Of a stretch of 64,000 nt of DNA, positions 52,884-62,835 are shown piece after piece. The notes beneath the pieces were generated by a model. The model was not told the DNA's origin and did not search any database. It worked only from the letters and a program-made list of their open reading frames with translations. The stretch is from contig JBATTW010000385.1 of the NCBI GenBank assembly GCA_049670805.1, positions 18,007 to 82,006 of the forward strand, written 5' to 3'. The stretch comes from Bacteroidota bacterium (GTDB taxonomy: Bacteria; Bacteroidota; Ignavibacteria; UBA10030; UBA6906). The position numbers and the translations under genes were made by a program. Every line of letters starts with the position of its first letter. The stretch's first letter is position 1.

Positions 52884-53336
52884 ATGTTACAACGGGTTGT
52901 GGATTTTCTGAGGGCCGGTGCAGGGGAGCCTGCTGAGGCAGGCCGTCCCAATGATACGTATGACACTACGCTGGCTGTCTGCGCGCTCTTTATCGAGATG
53001 GCGGTTATCGACGGGGAATTCTCAGAGGAAGAACGTGCTCATATCATCTCGATCCTGGAGGATGAATACCAGCTCTCGGAAGATGATATTTCGCGTCTGC
53101 TGGAAGAGGCGAGTGCCGAGGTCCGATCCAGCACGGACTACTGGCAGTTCACCAACATGATCAATGAGAACTACACCCCCGAAGAAAAGGTCCGTATTAT
53201 CGAGCTGCTCTGGAAAATCATCTATGCGGACGGAACTGTCGAGAAGCACGAGGACTACCTCATCAGAAAACTTGCCAGGTTGCTTGGTGTCCCGCATGGG
53301 GAGCTCATTGCCACGAAACTCAGAATGCGACCATGA
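52884..53336 (+). CDS. TerB-family (tellurite-resistance TerB / DjlA-N-like) protein
   Basis: 150-aa all-helical acidic protein with the two D-G-x-x-x-x-E repeats (AVIDGEFSEEE; IIYADGTVEKHED) characteristic of the TerB fold. Confidence 0.6.
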   Translation: MLQRVVDFLRAGAGEPAEAGRPNDTYDTTLAVCALFIEMAVIDGEFSEEERAHIISILEDEYQLSEDDISRLLEEASAEVRSSTDYWQFTNMINENYTPEEKVRIIELLWKIIYADGTVEKHEDYLIRKLARLLGVPHGELIATKLRMRP

Positions 53337-53415
53337 TGCTTTGATTTCGCACCCGGTTGAGGGCGAACGACGCAGCGAGAATCTCTTGTTACATACGAAT
53401 CGGTGAAGGAGAGCA

Positions 53416-54402
53416 ATGAAGATTTCAAAAGGCCGTGCCGTAGTCTACTCGTTGCTTTTCTTTCTGGTCTTTCTGATGCCCCTTCAGGGGTGTACCCGGC
53501 AGAGTGGTCCCGAGAAGCTACAAATTGCCGGAATGGTGTTCCAGGAGGATCAGTTCTTCCGGTTGGTGATCTTCGGGATGCGGGATGCGGCAGAGAAGCG
53601 GGGAGTAGAGCTTTTGGAAGCGAACAGTGCAGGTAGACCGGACAAGGAGATCCAGCTCGTAAACACATACATTGCGCGAGGCGTGGACGCGATTGTGATT
53701 TCACCCATGAGCGCACGTGCATCCATCAGTGCGCTCCAGCGGGCCCACGACAGAGGTATAACCGTGGTCACTTACAACACCACGGTTGAGACCGATCTGC
53801 CCGTTTCGTATATCGAGAGCGACCAGTATGACCTTGGTGCTTCCACGGGTAAAGCTGCCCGGAGGTATATAGAGACCGCCCTGGGTGGTGAAGCCAACAT
53901 TGCGATTGCAGCCTTTCTCTCCCAGGCTCCCGAGCAGAGCATTCAGCGGACAAACGGCTTCAAGGACCAGGTGACCACACTGGAGGGTGTGAAGATCGTC
54001 GCCGAACAGGATGCATGGCTTGCGGCACAGGCCGTCAAGAAGATTGGTGATATCCTCACAGCGAACCCCGATCTGGATATTGTTTGGGCGGCAAACGAGG
54101 GAGGCACGGTTGGCGCAGTTATGGCGGTGAGGAACGCTGGCAAAGCGGGGAAGGTGGTTGTGTACGGGACCGACACCAGCGAACAGCTTGCCAGTTTTCT
54201 GCTCTCCGATGACGGGGTTCTTCAGGCGATCACAGGTCAGCAACCGTTTGAAATAGGGTCAATGGCGGTCGACGCCGCGGTTCGTGTTCTCCTGGGAGAA
54301 TCTGTGGAGAAAAGGGTCTCGCTACCGGGCGTTCTGCTCTCACGGGACCGGCCCGACGAAGTACAAGATTTCAAGCTGCGTCTTGCCGAATTGAGCAAAT
54401 AG
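53416..54402 (+). CDS. Sugar ABC transporter substrate-binding lipoprotein (type I PBP, RbsB-like)
   Basis: 328 aa with lipobox LQGCT and RbsB-like fold motifs (GVDAIVISP, VVTYNT). Confidence 0.8.
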   Translation: MKISKGRAVVYSLLFFLVFLMPLQGCTRQSGPEKLQIAGMVFQEDQFFRLVIFGMRDAAEKRGVELLEANSAGRPDKEIQLVNTYIARGVDAIVISPMSARASISALQRAHDRGITVVTYNTTVETDLPVSYIESDQYDLGASTGKAARRYIETALGGEANIAIAAFLSQAPEQSIQRTNGFKDQVTTLEGVKIVAEQDAWLAAQAVKKIGDILTANPDLDIVWAANEGGTVGAVMAVRNAGKAGKVVVYGTDTSEQLASFLLSDDGVLQAITGQQPFEIGSMAVDAAVRVLLGESVEKRVSLPGVLLSRDRPDEVQDFKLRLAELSK

Positions 54403-54404
54403 GT

Positions 54405-55898
54405 ATGCAACGTTCGAGCCTGGAAACCGTTTCTCTCTGCAAAGACTATCCTGGCACACGAGCCTTAGACGATGTTTCGATCCGGTTTGACGGTGGCCGG
54501 GTTCATGCCCTCGTAGGAAAGAACGGCGCGGGAAAAAGTACACTTGTAAAGATCTTTGCCGGGGCCATCCCACCCACATCCGGGAGCGTCGCGATCAATG
54601 GCGCTTCCGCGACCTTCTCTTCACCCCGAGATGCACTCCGCCAGGGTATCGTGGCGGTCTATCAGGAACTGAGCCTTGTTCCCGAACTCACCGTGGCTGA
54701 AAACATCCTGCTGGGCCGTATGCCGCATCGGTCCGGGCCGTGGAATTTTGCTATCGACCGGGAAGAGGCATACTCTGCGGCTCAGGCAGCTCTCTCTCGG
54801 CTGGGAGTGGACCTGGATGTGAAGAAGAAAGCCCGTACACTCGGACTCGCGCAGCAACAATTTGTGGAAATCGCCAAGGCGATGTCCTACAAACCGGCGG
54901 TGCTCATGCTGGATGAACCGACATCGGCTCTCTCGCACAAGGAAGCCGAGCACCTATTTGACATCATACGGACACTCGCATCCCAGGGCGTCGTGCTCCT
55001 CTACATTACACATAGACTTCAGGAGATCTACCGGATTGCTGACACGGTATCGGTGCTGCGGGACGGGAAGCTTGTGGGGAGCGTAAGCAAGGCGGATGTT
55101 ACGCCGGAGAATCTGGCCAAAATGATGTTTGGGGACGTAGTCAAAATCTCACGATCGGCAGAAGCACTCCCCGCCCTGGAGCCCCTGTTGAAAGTGGAAC
55201 ACCTCTCCCGGCATGCGGCGTTCAGGGATGTTAGCTTCACGTTGTACAAGGGTGAAGTGCTCGGGATCGCGGGCTTGCTCGGATCAGGCCGTACCGAACT
55301 GCTTCGATCCCTCTTTGGTGCCGACCCTCCTCAAAGGGGCCATCTGATGCTTGATGGTAAACGGATCCAGCCCGAAAACCCTGCAATGATGAAAAGCCTC
55401 GGGGTGGTCCTCACGCCGGAGAACCGAAAAGAGGAAGGTTTGATTCAGATCTTGAGTACCAGGGCAAACATCTGTTTGGCCAGCCTGCAACGCGTGGCAC
55501 GGGGAGGATTTACCACTCGAACACGAGAACGGGTTTGGGCAGGACCGCTGATGCAGACGGTCGGTCTTGTTGCTCGGGACATCGAGGCTCCTGTCTCCTC
55601 CCTGAGTGGGGGGAACCAGCAGAAGGTGGTGGTGGGTAAGTGGGTGGGTACAGAACCTCGTGTCATTCTGATGGACGAGCCGACCCGCGGGATCGATGTC
55701 CAGGCGAAGCGACAGATGTTCGAGATTATCTGGGCTTTGAGCAAGCGAGGAATTAGCTCTCTGGTTGTGTCCAGCGAGCTCGAAGAGCTGCTCGAGGTAT
55801 GTCATCGCATACTGATCATGAAGAAGGGACAAATTGCCTCGGACGTTCTTCCTTCAGAAACATCTCTGGAAAGACTCTTTAGCCTATGTCTCCAATGA
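54405..55898 (+). CDS. Sugar ABC transporter ATP-binding protein, CUT2 family (tandem ABC domains, RbsA-like)
   Basis: 497 aa with two Walker A sites (GKNGAGKST; second degenerate GLLGSGRTEL) and two LSGG signatures. Confidence 0.88.
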   Translation: MQRSSLETVSLCKDYPGTRALDDVSIRFDGGRVHALVGKNGAGKSTLVKIFAGAIPPTSGSVAINGASATFSSPRDALRQGIVAVYQELSLVPELTVAENILLGRMPHRSGPWNFAIDREEAYSAAQAALSRLGVDLDVKKKARTLGLAQQQFVEIAKAMSYKPAVLMLDEPTSALSHKEAEHLFDIIRTLASQGVVLLYITHRLQEIYRIADTVSVLRDGKLVGSVSKADVTPENLAKMMFGDVVKISRSAEALPALEPLLKVEHLSRHAAFRDVSFTLYKGEVLGIAGLLGSGRTELLRSLFGADPPQRGHLMLDGKRIQPENPAMMKSLGVVLTPENRKEEGLIQILSTRANICLASLQRVARGGFTTRTRERVWAGPLMQTVGLVARDIEAPVSSLSGGNQQKVVVGKWVGTEPRVILMDEPTRGIDVQAKRQMFEIIWALSKRGISSLVVSSELEELLEVCHRILIMKKGQIASDVLPSETSLERLFSLCLQ

Positions 55899-56857
55899 AG
55901 TTCTTGAGATCACATCTCGGATCTGTCGTCCTGGAAGCTGTTCTCCTCCTCATCTGTGTCATTCTGGCGATAAGCGCGCCCCGGTTTTTCACCACGGAGA
56001 ACCTCTTGAATGTTCTGCGCAATGTCTCGATGCAGGGACTCATTGCACTCGGGATGACCATGGTCATTATCTCCGGCGAGATTGATTTGAGCGTTGGCTC
56101 GGCCGTCGCGTTTGCCGGCTGCCTGACGGCCTTTTCCACCGGGTGGATGATGGGTCCCGCACTCGGTCTTCCGGCGGAGCTTGCGGTTCCTCTGGCGGTC
56201 ATGATTGCCCTTACGGCGGGTTTCCTCCTGGGCAGCTTCAGTGGGGTAATGCGAACGCGCTATCAGGTTCCGACATTCATTACGACGCTTGCGCTCATGA
56301 CCGGATTCTCCGGTGCCGCCGAGCTGATCACCGATGGATTTCCACTGACACCGTTCCCGGAGTGGTACAGCTTCATCGGCGGTGGATACCTCTTCGGAGT
56401 CCCTTTTCCCGCTCTCGTCTTCCTGGCCGCGTTCGGGATTTTCCAGGTGGTCATGAACCAGACCACGTTCGGGAGATCCGTCTACGCGATTGGCGGAAAT
56501 GCCGAAGCCGCCAGGCTGAGCGGAATAGAGGTCAAGAAGATAAAAACACTCGTTCTCGGCACCACGGGTGCGCTGGCGGCGTTGAGCGGTGTTATGGTCT
56601 CATCGGAAATCATGTCAGGAACCGCAACCACAGCCAAAGGATGGGAGTTGGATATTATTGCCGCGGTGATTATCGGTGGAACGAGTCTTATGGGAGGGGT
56701 TGGAAGGATCTGGGGGACGATGATCGGGGTGATCTTCCTTGGAGTCATCATCAACGGAATGACCCTTCTGAACATCAGCGAGTACTGGCAGCATGTCGTG
56801 CGCGGTGTGCTTATCCTGGCTGCTGTTTTGCTCAATCGGCTGCAAGAGAAGGTCTAG
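55886..56857 (+). CDS. Sugar ABC transporter permease (RbsC-like)
   Basis: 323 aa with 8-10 TM helices, overlapping the ATPase end by 13 nt. Confidence 0.85.
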   Translation: MSPMKFLRSHLGSVVLEAVLLLICVILAISAPRFFTTENLLNVLRNVSMQGLIALGMTMVIISGEIDLSVGSAVAFAGCLTAFSTGWMMGPALGLPAELAVPLAVMIALTAGFLLGSFSGVMRTRYQVPTFITTLALMTGFSGAAELITDGFPLTPFPEWYSFIGGGYLFGVPFPALVFLAAFGIFQVVMNQTTFGRSVYAIGGNAEAARLSGIEVKKIKTLVLGTTGALAALSGVMVSSEIMSGTATTAKGWELDIIAAVIIGGTSLMGGVGRIWGTMIGVIFLGVIINGMTLLNISEYWQHVVRGVLILAAVLLNRLQEKV

Positions 56858-56870
56858 AGGAGAGACGAAG

Positions 56871-57899
56871 GTGAACGGCTACGAACGCATCATGGCTGCA
56901 TTTGAGGGCGAACAACCTGACGCCGTTCCCGTGATGCTGCATAACTTCATGATGGCGGCCCGGGAGGCTGGGCTCACGATGGAGCAGTTCCGGAGCGACC
57001 CGAAAGAGCTGGCCCGCTCTTTCATCGAGGCCGTTGAGAAGTATGGCTACGATGGCGTTCTGGTTGACGTCGACACGGTGACACTGGCAGGTGCGGTGGG
57101 CGTCCCCATTGATCTTCCGGCTGACGCCCCCGCCCGTGTCAAGGGAAGCAGAATCCGGTCGCTTGCGGAAGTGCCAGACCTGGAGCCGGTGGATATCAGT
57201 TCATACCGCAGTGTTCAGGTGTGGCTCGAGGCGACCGTTCTGCTCAAGGAGCATTTCGGAGACGAGGTGTTGGTCCGCGGAAATTGCGACCAGTCTCCTT
57301 TCACACTTGCAGCTATGGTCCGGGGGATGAACGACTGGATGCTCGACCTGATGGATCCCGGCCTGGAGGAAGCCGCGCACCGACTCCTTGACTGGGCAAA
57401 GGAGGCGACTCTTCAGTTCATTTCGCTGATGGCTGAGACAGGTGCACATATGGTTTCCAATGGTGATAGTGGCGCGGGACCGGAGCTCGTCTCCCCCGCC
57501 GTGTATCGTGCGTATGCGCTCCCCTACGAAAGGAAGGCTGTGGAGCTGTCACATGCAGCGGGACTCCCGTACGTTCTCCACATCTGTGGAAAGACCGAGC
57601 CGATTCTGGACGCGATGATTACCACCGGCGCTGATGGGCTGGATCTTGATTACAAGACCGACCCGTCCGTGGCACGTCGGAAAATGAAGAATCGAACGGT
57701 GTACATCGGGAACATCGATCCAAGCGGCATTCTCGCGAGGGGAACGCCACAATTAGTGGAGCAGAAGACCAGAGAGCTGCTTACCGTTTTTGCCGACACG
57801 CCGAGATTTGTTCTCAATGCCGGCTGCGCGATCCCGCCCAGCACACCGCCTGAGAACCTGAAGGCAATGATCCGGGCCGCAAGGAGCTTCCGGGGATAA
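56871..57899 (+). CDS. Uroporphyrinogen-decarboxylase (URO-D) fold family protein (MtaA/CmuA-like methyltransferase superfamily), co-operonic with the sugar ABC transporter
   Basis: GTG at 56871 with AGGAGAGA SD, 13 nt after the permease stop. URO-D-like TIM barrel (N-terminal ERI.AAFEGE.PD.VPV, central HICG). Not an obvious HemE orthologue. Confidence 0.6.
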   Translation: MNGYERIMAAFEGEQPDAVPVMLHNFMMAAREAGLTMEQFRSDPKELARSFIEAVEKYGYDGVLVDVDTVTLAGAVGVPIDLPADAPARVKGSRIRSLAEVPDLEPVDISSYRSVQVWLEATVLLKEHFGDEVLVRGNCDQSPFTLAAMVRGMNDWMLDLMDPGLEEAAHRLLDWAKEATLQFISLMAETGAHMVSNGDSGAGPELVSPAVYRAYALPYERKAVELSHAAGLPYVLHICGKTEPILDAMITTGADGLDLDYKTDPSVARRKMKNRTVYIGNIDPSGILARGTPQLVEQKTRELLTVFADTPRFVLNAGCAIPPSTPPENLKAMIRAARSFRG

Positions 57900-57914
57900 G
57901 ATGAGGAACGAGGA

Positions 57915-58979
57915 ATGACACTCGATGCCCTGGGATGGAACCGGTTCTTTGCAGAAGCGTTTCAGCCGTTTGTCGGGGAAGGACATGAGCCCGCGCGTGT
58001 TGCTGTACCACGCAGAAAGCACTTCTTGCTTTACAGTGCAGGGGGTGAGGTCCGAGGCAAAATCACGGGCAGAATGCTCTACCAGGCTGCGGGGCCTGAG
58101 GATCTGCCTGCTGTCGGTGACTGGGTGGTAATCCAGAGATGGCCGGACAGAGAAGAGGTTTCTATCCTGGATCTGCTTCCGCGTAAGAGCGAGTTCGTGA
58201 GGAAGGTTGCAGGAAGAAGAACCGATCAGCAGGTGGTGGCGGCCAACTCGGATATCGTCTTCCTCGTAAGCGCTCTTGATCAGAGACTCACTCTGCGGGG
58301 ATTGGAACGGTATCTCGTTGTGGCTGCGGAGAGTGGAGCAACGCCCGTGGTTCTGTTGAACAAGGCAGATCTCTGTGACGAAGTCGAAGAGATACTCGAG
58401 GAGGTCCGGACGGCAACTCGTGATGTCCCTGTTCATGTTATTAGCGCCAAGCTCGGAGAGGGGATGGAAGCGATACGCTCCTACATGACCGAAGGCGTCA
58501 CCGGCACAATGCTTGGACCCTCCGGCGCAGGAAAGTCAACCATCATCAACACCCTTCTTGGGTCCGATTACCTTCGGACACGGGAAGTGCGTGACGTTGA
58601 TGACCGGGGTCGGCATGTGACGACACAACGCGAACTCGTTGTTCTCCCAGAGGGGGGGCTCCTGATAGACACCCCCGGGATGCGGGAACTCCAGTTGTTT
58701 GCGGGTCAGGAAGGGATAGCGGCAACCTTTGACGACGTTGAGGAGCTGGGGACCCGGTGTCAGTTCCGAGATTGTCAACATGAGGTGGAACCGGGTTGCG
58801 CGGTTCTGAGAGCGATTGCTGAGGGTGGGCTGGACGTGGGACGGTTTGAGAGCTACAAGAAACTGCTTCGTGAGGCGGCGCACCAGAAACGGAAAGTTAG
58901 CAACGTGGACGAGCGAAAGCACAAAGAACACTGGAAAAAGATCACTGCCAAGTACCGGAGAGAGAATCGACAACGGTAA
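57915..58979 (+). CDS. rsgA: Ribosome small-subunit-dependent GTPase A RsgA (EngC/YjeQ)
   Basis: 354 aa with OB-fold N-terminus, circularly permuted GTPase (LLNKADL, GPSGAGKST) and C-terminal zinc knuckle CQFRDCQHEVEPGC. Confidence 0.9.
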   Translation: MTLDALGWNRFFAEAFQPFVGEGHEPARVAVPRRKHFLLYSAGGEVRGKITGRMLYQAAGPEDLPAVGDWVVIQRWPDREEVSILDLLPRKSEFVRKVAGRRTDQQVVAANSDIVFLVSALDQRLTLRGLERYLVVAAESGATPVVLLNKADLCDEVEEILEEVRTATRDVPVHVISAKLGEGMEAIRSYMTEGVTGTMLGPSGAGKSTIINTLLGSDYLRTREVRDVDDRGRHVTTQRELVVLPEGGLLIDTPGMRELQLFAGQEGIAATFDDVEELGTRCQFRDCQHEVEPGCAVLRAIAEGGLDVGRFESYKKLLREAAHQKRKVSNVDERKHKEHWKKITAKYRRENRQR

Positions 58980-59004
58980 ACAAGGTCGTGGATTCGGTCG
59001 AGGC

Positions 59005-59208
59005 CTACATTCGAGCCGAAGTACCCTGAAGGAGACGTGATGGCAATACAATGAGTGCCCGCAGGAGGGCAAACGCCCCTTCCACGGCAATGCCGATCAG
59101 CCGGAACGGCAAGAGAAGCAGCCAGATAAGAGGGTAGAGAATGAGCGCCAGTATAGCCAGAGGCCAGCAGAGAATCAGGAGAATGAGCCAGAAAAAGAAT
59201 TTTGCCAT
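59005..59208 (-). CDS. Small hydrophobic membrane protein (2 TM), hypothetical
   Basis: Internal ATG at 59208 gives a 67-aa protein MAKFFFWLILLILCWPLAILALILYPLIWLLLLPF.... The longer track ORF N-terminus is non-hydrophobic. Confidence 0.35.
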   Translation of the reverse strand: MAKFFFWLILLILCWPLAILALILYPLIWLLLLPFRLIGIAVEGAFALLRALIVLPSRLLQGTSARM

Positions 59209-59318
59209 GAGATGAGCCTCAATTACTCGATTCGCGCAAGAGTTGTTTGTAGCGTGATTACAGTAATGTACGATAATTCTGTTGATTTGTTCTGATTTCC
59301 CAACCAACGGAGGATCTC

Positions 59319-59735
59319 ATGAATAAGAAACTCTGGCTCGGCTTTGTGGCAGTATACCTCGTTTTGGCAATCCTGGACTGGATCGTCAATACAATGCTTA
59401 TGGCGTCAGCGTACGCCAGCACCACGGAGCTCTGGAGGCCCGAAGGGGAGATCAAGATGTGGGTGATTTTTGTCTGCTATGCGTTCTTTGCCTTCTTCTT
59501 TACATTCATTTTCTCCAAGGGCTATGAGGGGAAAGGAATCTGGGAGGGAGTCAGGTTCGGGTTGTACGTCAGCGGAATGATGGCGATCCCGGCGGCATAC
59601 ATATCATACGCAACGATGCCCCTCCCCCATTCACTGGCATTTCAATGGTTCATCTACACATTGGTGGAGTACGTCGCTGCCGGAATCGTCCTGGCATTAA
59701 TTTTCGGAAAAAAGGAAGCGGCTGCCGCAGCGTAG
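59319..59735 (+). CDS. Hypothetical integral membrane protein (about 4 TM)
   Basis: 138 aa with four hydrophobic segments and a poly-Ala C-terminus. No recognisable family. Confidence 0.45.
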   Translation: MNKKLWLGFVAVYLVLAILDWIVNTMLMASAYASTTELWRPEGEIKMWVIFVCYAFFAFFFTFIFSKGYEGKGIWEGVRFGLYVSGMMAIPAAYISYATMPLPHSLAFQWFIYTLVEYVAAGIVLALIFGKKEAAAAA

Positions 59736-59788
59736 GAGAACCTGCCCGTTCGTCTCCGGGGTCCGAGCACGGCATTCGGTCAGAAGGA

Positions 59789-60709
59789 CTATGTGAAAGG
59801 GGTCCGGCCCGGGTCCGGTGGCTCGGGCCGAATCTCGTCCCCCTTCGCTGGTTGCAGAGCTTCAAACAGGGCGGACTCAGCGCCGAACGCGAAAACCCGA
59901 ACGGCAATGCGTACGAAAATGAAGAGTTGATGCAGCAAAAAGACAGCAATCAGGATAGGCGTGGAATCGCTTTGCTGCGACGTCCAGAACAGCGCGTGGA
60001 CAGTCGCGAGAAAAAATGTTATCAAGAGAAAAAGGGTCTGCAGGCCCAGGGTTGATCCCGGGTTCCTGAGAATGAAACGGAGACTCATTATGAGGGCTCC
60101 GGTGATCGCATGCGAGTTGCGGGAAACAATTCCGATTTTGGCGTAATCTGCAATCATCACGAGGAGGAGGATAGTACCGAGAATCACCGCTCCAACCGAC
60201 CCTGCCCCCAGAAAGAGTACCGTTTCTGACGTTGCCACACGGTACAGTGCTGACATGAGCAGTCCTCCAAGAGCGAGAAAGAGCGTGGCGAGAATCAGGG
60301 CAATTGATCCTGTCAGAAGAAAGAGCCGGAAGAATCGTTTGAAGAACCTGGTACATGAAACCAGAAACTCGCGCAACGATGGGCGCACGCTGGACCGGAG
60401 GGCGGAAATCACCCCCCCCGCGAGGAAGGTGTTGAGGAAAACGTAGAAGAGGGAGGCCACCCCGACGATCTGGAGAAAGCCGGGAAGCGCTGCAGGATGC
60501 ATTCGCCGCAGGTCGGTCACGACGGTAGAATCAAATCCGGCGAGGAGTGCAAGCGACGCCCGTGAGTCACCGAATGCGGAGGAGAGCGTATGGTGGAACG
60601 TCAGAGCAAGCGATACGGAGAGGGCGAGGTTACACAGGAGAAGCAGCGTCAGAATACTCCGGAACGAAACTGTTCTTCGAATCCCCTTGACGAGAGCCAG
60701 GATAATCAT
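59789..60709 (-). CDS. Hypothetical polytopic membrane protein downstream of the M1 peptidase
   Basis: ATG at 60709 gives MIILALVKG... with about 8 TM segments. Lies 22 bp after the M1 peptidase stop on the same strand. Confidence 0.5.
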   Translation of the reverse strand: MIILALVKGIRRTVSFRSILTLLLLCNLALSVSLALTFHHTLSSAFGDSRASLALLAGFDSTVVTDLRRMHPAALPGFLQIVGVASLFYVFLNTFLAGGVISALRSSVRPSLREFLVSCTRFFKRFFRLFLLTGSIALILATLFLALGGLLMSALYRVATSETVLFLGAGSVGAVILGTILLLVMIADYAKIGIVSRNSHAITGALIMSLRFILRNPGSTLGLQTLFLLITFFLATVHALFWTSQQSDSTPILIAVFLLHQLFIFVRIAVRVFAFGAESALFEALQPAKGDEIRPEPPDPGRTPFT

Positions 60710-60731
60710 GAGTTTTTTTCTCCTCGCCCCG

Positions 60732-62726
60732 TTACCCTGCAAACGCGAGAGACTGCAGCAGGTTTTGTATCAAAAAGAGCATCCAGGTTGTATACTTCCA
60801 GAGCGGCCACGACGGTGGAGATAGGGTCTTGCTGTTGTTGATAAAGTTCATGTCCAGAAGGATCTTCCGGTCGGGGTCGATTTCTGCCCACACAGCACGG
60901 TCCGGCCGCCAATATGTGTAGCTCGTAGTAGCCGACTGACCGTCCCACAGCTCTACCAACTCTTCCCCGTTTTCAAAACCGACGTGCACTTTGACAGGTA
61001 TCCGTGCGTCTCGCAGCTGTCGAACGGCGACGGTGGATTCAAAGCGTTTTGTCTCTCCTTCACCGATGGGCGTGCTTGACAGGGAGCTCAGTTCAAAGTC
61101 GCACGTTTCGGTACCGTACAGGAATTGATCAAAATACCAGTCGAGGTCTACCTTGAAGCGGTTTCCGTGGATGGCGGGGACCACCTCGTTGAAGACGGCG
61201 ACGAAGTCGGACGTGCGGGGATGGCGAAACTTCCATCGCTGGAAATAGACAAAGAGTGCCGAGTCCATCGCTTCCCGCCCGATCATCCGCTCCAGCGTGG
61301 CAAGCACGGTAGTGGCCTTGCTGTATGTAAGACGGTGGATGCCTCGCTCCTGTATCTGCCAGGTGGGAGTGACGATCGGGGCGAACGAGGGGTCTCGCAA
61401 GCCTGTGTAACTCAAACGGGACCCCTCCAGGGTTCCGCTTCGCACGCCCAGGATTTCGTGGGAGGAGCTCTTTTCACCGTAGACGTCGTCCATAATGCGG
61501 CATTCGTAGTATTCAGTCAGGCCTTCGTCCAGCCATTCCTCTTCGAACTCATTGTTTGCGACCATCCCGTACCAGTACTGGTGCGCGAATTCATGGACTG
61601 TTACCTGCTCAGGCCACCGTACGGTTGTTCCGATTCCCCTGACCATGCCAGTTGTGATGAGGGTTGGGTATTCCATGCCTCCAGCGCCGCCGCCCCCGAA
61701 GGGGGGATCAACGATGGTGAGCTGCGGGTAGGGGTAGGGCTCGAGATGGCTGGCGAAGTACTCCAGTGCGTGTCGGACAGGAACGAGATAACGGTCGGCG
61801 AGATGAGCCCGCTGTGGTTGCATGAGCAACCGGATGTTCACGTGACGCCAAATGTCCGTCACTTCCACGAAGCGGGGAGACGCGGTCCAGGCGAAATCGT
61901 GCACATCCTCGGCATGGTAGAAAATAGTCTTTGTTCCGTCACCATTATACCGTTCAGATCCACTTGTGCCGGTGGCCCCCACCGTGTAACGGTCGGGGAC
62001 GGTTATCTCCACATCATAGACCCCGAAGTCAGCATAGAATTCTGTGTTCGCATGAAACTGATGGCAATTCCAGCTGCCCGAGGATTGGTCCCTCCCCGGA
62101 GCGGGTTCGTAGACGCCGATCTTTGGAAACCATTGGCCCACCATGAAAAAGTCTTCGTGATATCCCGTGCGGGCGCTGACCGAGGGGAGCTGTGCCGTGA
62201 AGGCAATGAACAGTCTGATGGAGTGTCCTGGAAGCAAGGGGCGGTGAAGCCGCACCTGGATGACAGTGCTGTCGTGTTTGTTGTTGTCATCCGGACGGAT
62301 GAATTCCATTCCCGCCGCGATGCTGAAACGATCACCGGTCTCTATCGAATCAATTCTGATCCACCCCGGGGTCTCTGCGCGGTGTGTGAACCCACGGTGT
62401 CTTCCGCCTGATTCCTGCATGAACGTGGAGCGGGCACTTTTGAACGCATTGAGGTAGAGGTGAAACCGCAATTCCCGAATCGTGTCGGGAGAAGAGTTTT
62501 GCCATCTGAGCGTCTGCCGGCCGGAGAGAATCTTGCTCTCCGGGTCAAGGGTGACAGAAATCTCATAATTTGCCACTCTCGGAATCAGCGGTGGAGAAAG
62601 GATCCCCGTGCCCGCATGTGCGGATGAAGGGCTCAATACAGCCAAAAAAAGGGCCGCATGGAGAAGAAATGAAGAGCTTCCAGCGATGGAGGAATCGGAA
62701 TGCAAAAGGAGGTCTCGCCTTTCCAA
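60732..62726 (-). CDS. M1-family zinc metallopeptidase (aminopeptidase N-like), secreted
   Basis: 664 aa with HEFAHQYWYG...EEEWLDEG (HExxH-x18-E), a GGMEY exopeptidase-like motif and signal peptide. TTG start per track. Confidence 0.85.
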   Translation of the reverse strand: MERRDLLLHSDSSIAGSSSFLLHAALFLAVLSPSSAHAGTGILSPPLIPRVANYEISVTLDPESKILSGRQTLRWQNSSPDTIRELRFHLYLNAFKSARSTFMQESGGRHRGFTHRAETPGWIRIDSIETGDRFSIAAGMEFIRPDDNNKHDSTVIQVRLHRPLLPGHSIRLFIAFTAQLPSVSARTGYHEDFFMVGQWFPKIGVYEPAPGRDQSSGSWNCHQFHANTEFYADFGVYDVEITVPDRYTVGATGTSGSERYNGDGTKTIFYHAEDVHDFAWTASPRFVEVTDIWRHVNIRLLMQPQRAHLADRYLVPVRHALEYFASHLEPYPYPQLTIVDPPFGGGGAGGMEYPTLITTGMVRGIGTTVRWPEQVTVHEFAHQYWYGMVANNEFEEEWLDEGLTEYYECRIMDDVYGEKSSSHEILGVRSGTLEGSRLSYTGLRDPSFAPIVTPTWQIQERGIHRLTYSKATTVLATLERMIGREAMDSALFVYFQRWKFRHPRTSDFVAVFNEVVPAIHGNRFKVDLDWYFDQFLYGTETCDFELSSLSSTPIGEGETKRFESTVAVRQLRDARIPVKVHVGFENGEELVELWDGQSATTSYTYWRPDRAVWAEIDPDRKILLDMNFINNSKTLSPPSWPLWKYTTWMLFLIQNLLQSLAFAG

Positions 62727-62835
62727 AGAGTGGAAATTTGTGAAAAAATAGAAGATTTTGGGGAAAAGTCAAAGGCAGAGGGATGGGAGTGAATATATCC
62801 CGGTTTTGGGTGTATTGCAGGTGGACAGACTCTTG

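Noticed and set aside
61125-62411. 428-aa plus-strand ORF
   Set aside because: It lies entirely within, and antisense to, the M1 aminopeptidase gene, which has the HExxH-x18-E catalytic signature.
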